From: Vulcanimicrobiales bacterium
GTDB taxonomy: Bacteria > Vulcanimicrobiota > Vulcanimicrobiia > Vulcanimicrobiales > Vulcanimicrobiaceae
Reading direction: 5' to 3'
Assembly (NCBI GenBank): GCA_038215615.1
Contig: JBBQQR010000019.1
Coordinates: 1-44,050 of the forward strand
Length of the DNA: 44,050 nt
Shown in pieces: positions 36,813 through 44,050 of the stretch (position 1 is its first letter; each line of letters begins with the position of its first letter). A model generated the notes under the pieces. That model saw only the letters and a program-made list of their open reading frames with translations. It was not told the DNA's origin and searched no databases. Position numbers and translations under genes: made by a program.

Positions 36813-38030
36813 TTAACGGTCTACCTCTCCGAAAACCGGATCGAGCGAACCGATGATCACCACCAGGTCCGCGATCAAGTTGCCCGGCGCGAGACCCTTG
36901 AGCGCTTGCAGGTTGTACAGCGAAGGCGGACGCGTGCGCACGCGGTACGGACGGTTGCCGCCGTCGGAGACGACGTAGTAGCCGAGCTCGCCGCGCGGTC
37001 CCTCGACCGCTTGGTAGACGTCGCCGGGCGGCACGCGAAAACCCTCGGTCATGATCTTGAAGTGATGGATCAGCGCTTCCATCGAGAGCGCGATCGTCTC
37101 TTTGGGTGGCGGCATGACTTTGGTGTCGTCGATCGCGATCGGCCCGGGTTTTAGCGCGTCGCGAACCTGGCGAACGATCCGCATGGACTCTTCCATTTCG
37201 TCCAACCGCACGAGAAAGCGGGCGTACGAGTCGCCTTCGGTGCGCGTGATGACATCGAACTCGAATTCTTCATAGCCGCCGTACGGAAACGCCCGGCGCA
37301 CGTCGTAAGCAATGCCTGTTGCCCGTAACGACGGGCCGGTGATGCTCCACTCCTGCGCTTCTTCTTGCGACATAATGCCGACGTCGATCAAGCGGTCTTG
37401 CAAGATCGGATTGGCCTGCAGCAGTTTACGCAGATCGCGCATGCGTTCGGGAAACATTGCGACGAGCGCATCGAGCTGCTCCATGAAACCACTGGGAAGA
37501 TCGGCTTGAACGCCGCCCACGCGGAGGTAGTTGGGATGCATGCGCGCGCCGCCGGCCGCTTCTTGCAGATCGAGAATTTTTTCGCGCATATCGAAGCAAT
37601 AGAAAAACGCCGAGAGAGCGCCCAGGTCGATGCCGTGCGTTCCCAGCCACACGCAGTGCGAAGCGATGCGCGTGAGCTCGGCCTGCATGACGCGAATGTG
37701 GCGCGCGCGCTCGGGAATGCGCTCGGTGATGCCGAGCAGACGCTCCACGGCCAAACAGTAGCAGTACGCATTGCTGCTGGGCGCCAGATAATCCATGCGC
37801 TCGATGACGGTCTGCGCCTGCGACCAGAAGAGATTTTCGGCGGTCTTTTCTATCCCGGTGTGCAGGTAGCCGATCTCGGGCTCCGCTTTGACGATGTTTT
37901 CGCCCGAAATCTCGAGCATGATCTGCAGCACGCCGTGCGTTGAAGGATGCTGCGGACCCATCGAGAGCACCATCGCGTTGCCATCTTGCGAAACGATCTC
38001 CGGTGTGAGCGGCGACGTGGTCATGCTCAT
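36813..38030 (-). CDS. nuoD: NADH-quinone oxidoreductase subunit D
   Basis: MGPQHPSTHGVL, GYLHTGIEK, ERMDY, EGPRGELG, DPVFGEVDR. Confidence 0.97.
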   Translation of the reverse strand: MSMTTSPLTPEIVSQDGNAMVLSMGPQHPSTHGVLQIMLEISGENIVKAEPEIGYLHTGIEKTAENLFWSQAQTVIERMDYLAPSSNAYCYCLAVERLLGITERIPERARHIRVMQAELTRIASHCVWLGTHGIDLGALSAFFYCFDMREKILDLQEAAGGARMHPNYLRVGGVQADLPSGFMEQLDALVAMFPERMRDLRKLLQANPILQDRLIDVGIMSQEEAQEWSITGPSLRATGIAYDVRRAFPYGGYEEFEFDVITRTEGDSYARFLVRLDEMEESMRIVRQVRDALKPGPIAIDDTKVMPPPKETIALSMEALIHHFKIMTEGFRVPPGDVYQAVEGPRGELGYYVVSDGGNRPYRVRTRPPSLYNLQALKGLAPGNLIADLVVIIGSLDPVFGEVDR

Positions 38031-38605
38031 TTCGAGCCGTCCTCGCCGCGAATCTTAGCGATCTGCTGCTGCAGCGCTTCGAGCGTGCGGCCCGATGGCG
38101 GCGCTCCCGCCTGCACGTTGCTCTTGAGCGCAAACGCCGGGCGCGGTGAACGCTCGCGCGCGGGCCCGCGCAGCGGATAATCTTTGCGCAGCGGGTGACC
38201 TTCCCAATCGTTGGGCATTTGGATGCGGCGCAGATCCGGGTGGCCCTCGAACGCTATGCCGAACAGGTCGAAGATCTCGCGCTCGGCCCAGTCGGCCGAC
38301 TTCCATAGATCGGTAGCCGTTGGAAGTTTCGGATCGTCATCGGGCACTCCACAGAGCAGCCGCACGCGTTTGGTTTCGCGCAGGTTCAAAAGGTGATAGA
38401 CGACATCGAAGCGCGGCTTACGCTGCGGATAGTCTACCGCACCGGCGTCGAGCAACATCGTGAAACCGTCGCGCTTGAGTTCGGCCAACCGCGCATGAAT
38501 GTTGGCCGGTTCGACATGCTCGATCGCTGCGTCGTCGATCGGCGGCCGCAACGCGGTCGGATCGATCGCCGTTCCGGTCAGCGGCGGTGTTTGTGTACTT
38601 GGCAC
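38027..38605 (-). CDS. nuoC: NADH-quinone oxidoreductase subunit C
   Basis: ADWAEREIFDLFGIAFEGHPDLRRI..WEGHPLRKDYPL. Confidence 0.96.
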   Translation of the reverse strand: MPSTQTPPLTGTAIDPTALRPPIDDAAIEHVEPANIHARLAELKRDGFTMLLDAGAVDYPQRKPRFDVVYHLLNLRETKRVRLLCGVPDDDPKLPTATDLWKSADWAEREIFDLFGIAFEGHPDLRRIQMPNDWEGHPLRKDYPLRGPARERSPRPAFALKSNVQAGAPPSGRTLEALQQQIAKIRGEDGSK

Positions 38606-38613
38606 GCGTTACG

Positions 38614-39093
38614 TTATGTTCGCGCCAGCAGACCGCCGCGGCCGCCTTCACGGATCTGCTGCTGGATCAAATTGACCGCATACAGCAACCCGTCAGGCGT
38701 CGGCGGGCAGCCGGGAACGTAAACGTCAACCGGAATGATCGTATCGACGCCTTGCACGATTGCGTAATTATCGAAGACGCCGCCCGAGCTCGCGCACGCA
38801 CCCATCGAAATGACCCACTTCGGGTCGGCCATTTGATCGAAGAGCCGCTTCACGACCGGCGCCATTTTTTGGGCGACGCGTCCGGAGACGATCATCAGAT
38901 CGGCCTGTCTGGGCGAGGCGCGGAAGACTTCGGATCCTAGCCGTCCGATATCGTACTCCGGGGCGGTGGCGCTCATCATCTCGATCGCGCAGCATGCCAA
39001 GCCCATCGTCAACGGCCAGACGCTGGAGCTCTGCGCCCAGCGCGCAACGTCGTCGAGCTTCGCCAAAAGGAAATGCCCCGGTCCTACCTCCAT
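38614..39093 (-). CDS. nuoB: NADH-quinone oxidoreductase subunit B
   Basis: [39 protein letters not shown]. Confidence 0.97.
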   Translation of the reverse strand: MEVGPGHFLLAKLDDVARWAQSSSVWPLTMGLACCAIEMMSATAPEYDIGRLGSEVFRASPRQADLMIVSGRVAQKMAPVVKRLFDQMADPKWVISMGACASSGGVFDNYAIVQGVDTIIPVDVYVPGCPPTPDGLLYAVNLIQQQIREGGRGGLLART

Positions 39094-39437
39094 TCGAAGC
39101 CTCGTTTTTTCCAAACGTACGCGTAGCCAATCCCCAGCACGACGATGAACGCGCCCATCTCGACCAAGCCGAACATCCGCAAGGCGTGCATCTGCACGGC
39201 CCACGGATAAAAGGAAGCCGCTTCCACGTCGAGGATCACGAAGAGCATCGCGATCAAGTAAAACTTCACCGGAAAGCGGCCGGCAATGGCCGAGGTCGGC
39301 TCGACGCCGCACTCATAGGCCTTCTCTTTTTCAGGGTTCGGTTTGCGCTGCGCGATAAGGCCCGGCAGCAGGCTAAAAGCCAGCGCGGCGGCGACGGCGA
39401 CGGCCGCAAAGATCGCGACGGGAGCATAGGGGGTCAT
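39084..39437 (-). CDS. nuoA: NADH-quinone oxidoreductase subunit A
   Basis: [29 protein letters not shown]; start MTPY at 39437. Confidence 0.95.
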   Translation of the reverse strand: MTPYAPVAIFAAVAVAAALAFSLLPGLIAQRKPNPEKEKAYECGVEPTSAIAGRFPVKFYLIAMLFVILDVEAASFYPWAVQMHALRMFGLVEMGAFIVVLGIGYAYVWKKRGFEWR

Positions 39438-39438
39438 C

Positions 39439-39462
39439 GGCTTGTGACAGTTTTCACAAGCC
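39439..39462. promoter_or_regulatory. Palindromic operator, Rex-like (also fits CRP-type TGTGA-N6-TCACA)
   Basis: GGCTTGTGA-CAGTTT-TCACAAGCC immediately upstream of nuoA; one mismatch to TTGTGAAnnnnTTCACAA. Confidence 0.7.
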
Positions 39463-39493
39463 TTTCCCAACCCCTTGAAGAAAGAATAGGGGC

Positions 39494-39943
39494 ATGAAAC
39501 TGTTTGCGGCGACGATCATCTTTGTTTTGGCCCAAGCCGGCGGGTGCAACAACCCCAACGGCGGCGGCGTCCAGGACTACGGCGCGATCGTCGGACGCGT
39601 GCTCGATGCCACGAACAACCGTCCGGTACCAAACGCACTGGTCGCGGTCGGAGCGCTCTACACGGGCTACTCGAACCCGGACGGTGCTTTCTCGCTGACG
39701 GGAATTCCGGTCGGCCGGCAAGGGCTGAGCGCGAGCGCGCCCGGGTACTCCACGACCACGGCCACCGTCTCGGTGCACAAAGACCAGACGACCAACGCTT
39801 ACTACGTCCGGTTGCTTCCGCTTTCAGGCGGCCCGACCGCGCCGCCGCCGCCTACTCCGACGCCGACGGCCGGCCCGGCGACGCCCACGCCCGTGCTCAC
39901 TCCCGAACCCAGCCCAACCGGCAGCAGCAGCCCCTCGCCATAG
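39494..39943 (+). CDS. Exported carboxypeptidase-regulatory-like domain protein with Pro/Thr tail (probable lipoprotein)
   Basis: Signal ..AGGC; GAIVGRVLDATNNRPVPNALV..DGAFSLTGIPVG..SAPGY; PTPTP tail. Confidence 0.8.
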   Translation: MKLFAATIIFVLAQAGGCNNPNGGGVQDYGAIVGRVLDATNNRPVPNALVAVGALYTGYSNPDGAFSLTGIPVGRQGLSASAPGYSTTTATVSVHKDQTTNAYYVRLLPLSGGPTAPPPPTPTPTAGPATPTPVLTPEPSPTGSSSPSP

Positions 39944-41019
39944 TGGCGCTCAATCTCCTGCCGATCGCGGGCGGCGTATTCTTGGTGCTCGTCGCGCTCC
40001 GCGACGTCTTTCAAGGCGTCATCGTGCCGCGCGCCGAGAATACGGTGCTGCGCGTCAGCCACTATTTGAGCCGCGGCTGCTGGGGCATCTGGCCATGGAT
40101 TGCGTACGGGCTTTACCGCGATGCCCGTCGTCGAGAAAACTTCCTGGGCACGTTTGCCCCACTCATGCTGGTCATCTATCTTACGACCTGGGTGGCGCTG
40201 CTGATCGCGGGCTGGGGTTTGATTTTCTACGGCATCCGCGATCAGCTGCGTCCTGAAGGTTTATCCTTTGCGGAATGCGCGTATTTTGCCGGCGCATCGT
40301 TTCTGACGATCGGATACGGCGATATCGTCGGCACGACGACGCTATCGCATGTGCTGTCACTGGTAGCGGGCGCCTCCGGCCTCGCCGTGGTCGCCGTTGT
40401 GGCAACGTTTTTGTTTTCGATCTTCGGAGCGTTTCAACAGCGCGAAGGGTTCGTCGTGACGCTGGGGGCGCACGCGGGCGCGCCGCCCAGCGGCGTCGGC
40501 TTGCTGATCGAACACGCACAGGCCGCGATCGTTGCGGACTTGGCGCAAGTGTTTCGCGACGGACAAACGTGGATGGCCGAAGTTATGGAAAGCCATCTGG
40601 CCTATCCGATCCTCACGCTCTTTCGATCCAGCCACGACTATGAATCCTGGGTGGGAACGCTCGGCACGTTGCTGGACGCCGCCGCGCTGGTGCTAACGAC
40701 GGTTGAAGTAGACGACGCGATACGAGGGCAGGCTCACATCGCATATAATCTCGGACGACACCTGACGCACGATTTCACCAACTACTTCGGTTTTCGGGAA
40801 AGCGGGAGCGCCGCCGGAATCGAGCGGGCCGAGTTTGACGCTGCCTGCAAACACCTGACGGAGGTCGGATACACGCTGCGCGACAGCGGCGACGGCGCGT
40901 GGAAACGCTTTTACGATCTACGGAGAACGTACGCGTCGCACCTGAACACGCTCGCGCGCTGGCTCGAAATCCCGCCGGTGCAATGGGTAGGCGACCGTTC
41001 GATCCTGCACCATCCTTAA
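39943..41019 (+). CDS. Potassium channel family (Ion_trans_2) protein
   Basis: TM helices flanking filter motif FLTIGYGDI; C-terminal ESHLAYPIL..FRS domain; GTG start overlapping the previous stop. Confidence 0.8.
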   Translation: MALNLLPIAGGVFLVLVALRDVFQGVIVPRAENTVLRVSHYLSRGCWGIWPWIAYGLYRDARRRENFLGTFAPLMLVIYLTTWVALLIAGWGLIFYGIRDQLRPEGLSFAECAYFAGASFLTIGYGDIVGTTTLSHVLSLVAGASGLAVVAVVATFLFSIFGAFQQREGFVVTLGAHAGAPPSGVGLLIEHAQAAIVADLAQVFRDGQTWMAEVMESHLAYPILTLFRSSHDYESWVGTLGTLLDAAALVLTTVEVDDAIRGQAHIAYNLGRHLTHDFTNYFGFRESGSAAGIERAEFDAACKHLTEVGYTLRDSGDGAWKRFYDLRRTYASHLNTLARWLEIPPVQWVGDRSILHHP

Positions 41020-41702
41020 AAGCCGTGTTCGGCGTCGTGCTTATGAAGGAAGCGCTTCGCGTCGTTGATGGGCAGCGCGAAGCCGATCGATCGCTCGTCT
41101 TCAAATCGCGACTCCGCGATGCCGATGACTTCGCCGGTATCGGCTAAGAACACCGGACCGCCGCTTTCCCCGGGAACGATCGGCAGCGTCACTTCGATCG
41201 CTTCGCGGCGCAGCGCCGAAACGCGCCCGGAGTTCAGCGACGTCGCCAAACCTAGCCCTTCGTTATCGAACTCGTCCGGAATCGGATAACCGAGCAACCC
41301 GATCGATACGCCGGGCTGGGCATCCGCGCTGGAACCAAGCGTTGCAACCGGAAGGTTTTTGGCCGCGGTTCGAACGAGCGCGACATCCAGGTCACGGTCA
41401 CGCGCGATCACGCGAAATGGAACTTTGCGTTTATTGCCGATCGTCGCGACGTGATTCCAGGTTTTTTCGAGCGCGTGCTCGACCGTCAGAATATCGCTTC
41501 CCCAATTTCCGCTGGCGACGACGACGCCGCTCGCATACTCGGTGTCGGGGCCGTCCTTCTTCGTCTCGCCCGCCACGTTCATGGTCAGCAAGATCGTCGC
41601 GGGACGCAGCTTGGCCGCGGCGGTAACGAACGCATCACCGGCCGGCTTGGGCTGCGCGCAAGCCGCCAGCAGCAGCACCGCACACGCGGCCGCGCGTTTC
41701 AG
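41016..41702 (-). CDS. Trypsin-like (S1C) serine protease lipoprotein
   Basis: ILTVEH, DLDVALV, PGESGGPV triad motifs; lipobox LAAC. Start inferred at CTG 41702; first canonical start is GTG 41678. Confidence 0.82.
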   Translation of the reverse strand: MKRAAACAVLLLAACAQPKPAGDAFVTAAAKLRPATILLTMNVAGETKKDGPDTEYASGVVVASGNWGSDILTVEHALEKTWNHVATIGNKRKVPFRVIARDRDLDVALVRTAAKNLPVATLGSSADAQPGVSIGLLGYPIPDEFDNEGLGLATSLNSGRVSALRREAIEVTLPIVPGESGGPVFLADTGEVIGIAESRFEDERSIGFALPINDAKRFLHKHDAEHGF

Positions 41703-42781
41703 GAGCCTACCGCTGTTTCGATGGCGGCTTTCAATTCTGCAATGCCCTCACCGGTACGAGCGCTCACGGCTAGCGAGTGCTCGCGATGCGGCAGTTCCTC
41801 GACCGAATCACACTTGTTGAACGCGACGACGCAGCGCTTGGATTCCAAATGCAAGGCGGCAAGCGTGTTTTCGACCGCGGTCATCTGGCGCGGCCAGTCC
41901 GGATTGGATGCGTCGACCACATGCACGAGCAGATCGGCTTCCGCCAATTCCTCAAGCGTCGCTCGAAACGCGTTCAGCAAATCCTTCGGGAGATCGGTGA
42001 TGAAGCCGACCGTGTCGACAATCCGGATGTAGCGGCCTTCTCCAAACCAGACGCGGCGCACGGTGGGATCGAGCGTTGCGAACGGCTGGTCGGCGACGAA
42101 CGCCTTCGAGCGCGCCAAACGATTGAGCAGCGACGTCTTGCCGGCGTTCGTATAGCCAACGAGCGCGGCCAGCGGTTCCCCTCCGTTGCCGCCGCGGCGC
42201 GTCGTGCGCTGGCGCCGCACCTCTTCCAGTTGCTTGTTCAAGATGCTTATTCGCGCTTGAATGCCGCGCCGGTCGACTTCCAATTTCGTTTCTCCCGGAC
42301 CGCGTGTGCCGATGCCGCCACCCAGTCGTGAGAGATCGGCGCCGGCGCCGATCAAATTCGATTGCCGGTAGCGCAGCTGCGCGAGTTCCACTTGCAGTTT
42401 GCCTTCGCGGCTGCGCGCGTGCCGCGCAAAAACGTCGAGGATGAGCATCGTTCGATCGACGATCGGAATCGGAATGATCTTTTCGAGATTCTTCCGCTGC
42501 CTCGGACGCAAGTCGTTGAGAACGAGCACCAATCCAGCGTGCATCGACTCCGCGAGCTCGGCAATCTCTTGGGCTTTTCCGGCGCCGACGAGCGTCGCCG
42601 GATCCACACGCGCGCGGCGCTGCACGACGCGTCCCGCGATCTTCACCCCCGACGCTTCGGCGAGCGCTTCCAGCTCGGCGAGCTCGGGCTCGATCGGGCG
42701 CGCGGGATCGCCCGTATCGACGGCGACAACGAGGGCTCCCGTTTTTAGCGGGCGATTGGGCGGAGGCGTTCGATGAGCCAT
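41699..42781 (-). CDS. hflX: GTPase HflX
   Basis: GGIGTRGPGETKLEVDRR, VGYTNAGKTSL, FATLDPT, DTVGFI, NKCD. Confidence 0.96.
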   Translation of the reverse strand: MAHRTPPPNRPLKTGALVVAVDTGDPARPIEPELAELEALAEASGVKIAGRVVQRRARVDPATLVGAGKAQEIAELAESMHAGLVLVLNDLRPRQRKNLEKIIPIPIVDRTMLILDVFARHARSREGKLQVELAQLRYRQSNLIGAGADLSRLGGGIGTRGPGETKLEVDRRGIQARISILNKQLEEVRRQRTTRRGGNGGEPLAALVGYTNAGKTSLLNRLARSKAFVADQPFATLDPTVRRVWFGEGRYIRIVDTVGFITDLPKDLLNAFRATLEELAEADLLVHVVDASNPDWPRQMTAVENTLAALHLESKRCVVAFNKCDSVEELPHREHSLAVSARTGEGIAELKAAIETAVGS

Positions 42782-43581
42782 GACAGGGCTTCGTTATAGC
42801 GCGGTCCCGGACGGTACAACACGTCCGGGTCGGGTGCGATCAGCAGCCGCTTTGCGCGCACGGCTTGCAAGGAACGCCACGGTTCGCGCCCCACGGTTTG
42901 TTCGAGTTGCGCATCGCGCGCGGCCAAGAGCGCATCGGGTTGGAGCCGCAGCAGCGCTTCCCCGCTGAACTGCGCGTACGATTGCGGCAAGGCCGCGACC
43001 GCATTGCGACCGCCCGCCAGCGAGATTAGCGACGAAATAAACGAGTGCGGGCCAACCGTCCAAATCGGGTTGGTCTGCAGCACGACGAAGATCGCGGGAC
43101 GTCGCAAGAAATGCTCAGAGCCTTGAAGTTTCTTTGTTTTTGCGTGCAAGCTTGCAATTAGCGCACGCGCATCGCTCGCATGCCCGCTTAACGAACCAAG
43201 CCTTTTTATGTCGCCGAATAAGTCCGCGTAGCTGTCGTCAGGAAATAACGCAACGGCGATGCCGGCGCGTTTAAGCGCCGCGACCGCGCGCGCTTGCGAG
43301 GGAATGCCGACGACGATGTCGGGGTGGAGCGCCACGATTTTTTCGGCATCGACGCTCGATGCATCGTTCACTTCCGGCAAGCCTTTCGCGCACGGAATGC
43401 CCGAACTGAATTGCGAGACGCCCGCCAGCTGTTTCGCCGCGCCAATCGCGCACAGATCTTCCGTCAGCGAAGGGATGAGCGAAACGATGCGCGGCCGCGC
43501 ACTCTGCGCCGGCGGCCCGTTCGATGAGCCGCAGCCCGAGAGACACGCCGTCAGCATCGCCGCGACCCAAGCTGTTTTCAC
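42745..43581 (-). CDS. btuF: Cobalamin-binding (BtuF-like) helical-backbone lipoprotein
   Basis: Lipobox LSGC; RIVSLIPSLTE, EKIVALHPD, LAGGRN, RPGPR; divergent from a B12 riboswitch. Confidence 0.75.
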   Translation of the reverse strand: MKTAWVAAMLTACLSGCGSSNGPPAQSARPRIVSLIPSLTEDLCAIGAAKQLAGVSQFSSGIPCAKGLPEVNDASSVDAEKIVALHPDIVVGIPSQARAVAALKRAGIAVALFPDDSYADLFGDIKRLGSLSGHASDARALIASLHAKTKKLQGSEHFLRRPAIFVVLQTNPIWTVGPHSFISSLISLAGGRNAVAALPQSYAQFSGEALLRLQPDALLAARDAQLEQTVGREPWRSLQAVRAKRLLIAPDPDVLYRPGPRYNEALSWLIERLRPIAR

Positions 43582-43639
43582 ACGCGCGAGCTTTCACGGA
43601 CCAGGAAGCCTAGCCTGCACCGCTGTATCAGACCTCATA

Positions 43640-43777
43640 ACGTTTGCGCGCGGGAAGCCGGTCGAATGCCGGCACGGTCGCGCCACTGTAGGCGGGGAGC
43701 CGCTCGATGTCACTCCATTTGGGGGAAGGCACGGGCACCAGGCTACGATCCGCAAGTCAGGATACCAGCGCAAACGT
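43640..43777 (+). promoter_or_regulatory. Cobalamin riboswitch
   Basis: GGGAA-GCCGGT..GCCGGC-ACGGT..GCCACTGTA, then GGGAAGG and B12 box AAGTCAGGATACC; closing helix ACGTTTGCGC/GCGCAAACGT. Confidence 0.9.
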
Positions 43778-43811
43778 CGCACAACCGCCTCGCGAAAGGG
43801 AAAGGGTTGCA

Positions 43812-44050
43812 ATGTTCTCGTTTCTTCTGGTCATCACACTCGGCGCTGCCGCAGCGTCGCCTTCGCCATCGCCGCTTCCGGAGATTGCGCACGTCTATAC
43901 GAGCGATCGCACCGACAGTACGATGAAACACTCCGCGCGTACCACCTACATTGTGACGCGCGCAGATATCGAACGCCACGGGTACCTGACCGTCGGTGAC
44001 GCACTCGAAAATCTGCCCGCTTTTGAGTATTCGCCTTACGGCGCGATCGG
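43812..44050 (+). CDS. BtuB-like TonB-dependent receptor, 5' partial (not in ORF track)
   Basis: MFSFLLVITLGAAAASPSPSPLPEIAHVYTSDR..ARTTYIVTRADIERHGYLTVGDALENLP is a signal peptide plus plug start, downstream of the B12 riboswitch; open to the window end. Confidence 0.85.
   Translation, partial: MFSFLLVITLGAAAASPSPSPLPEIAHVYTSDRTDSTMKHSARTTYIVTRADIERHGYLTVGDALENLPAFEYSPYGAI

Overview
Bacterial, GC-rich chromosomal window; gene style suggests Eremiobacterota/Vulcanimicrobiota, which is an impression and not a computed placement. Positions 1 to ~9100 look like the decayed end of a genomic island. It contains an IS256-like end truncating a PDZ membrane gene, a TonB-dependent receptor/TolB-like/Vgb-like propeller cluster, gene relics (Vgb repeat, HsdS-like tail, SNF2 helicase N-terminus) and an intact NYN/PIN RNase gene. 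That gene is preceded by a two-hairpin leader RNA ending in a terminator (candidate RNA-antitoxin system). The island ends in att-arm-like repeats and a tRNA-Ser(UGA) gene cut exactly after its anticodon loop. The rest is core genome: kynA-kynU-MATE, suhB, STAS and Crp genes, an M-box riboswitch driving a membrane-less MgtE plus an NRAMP-related Mg transporter, a PucR regulator, a divergent GlnA-like enzyme, a PLP decarboxylase, AKR, RidA, a TPR protein, the full nuoA-N operon (Rex-like operator; a REP-like element sits in frame in nuoG), a K-channel-like protein, a serine protease, hflX, btuF, and a cobalamin riboswitch ahead of a partial btuB-like gene. All calls come from reading motifs by eye; no database searches were run.
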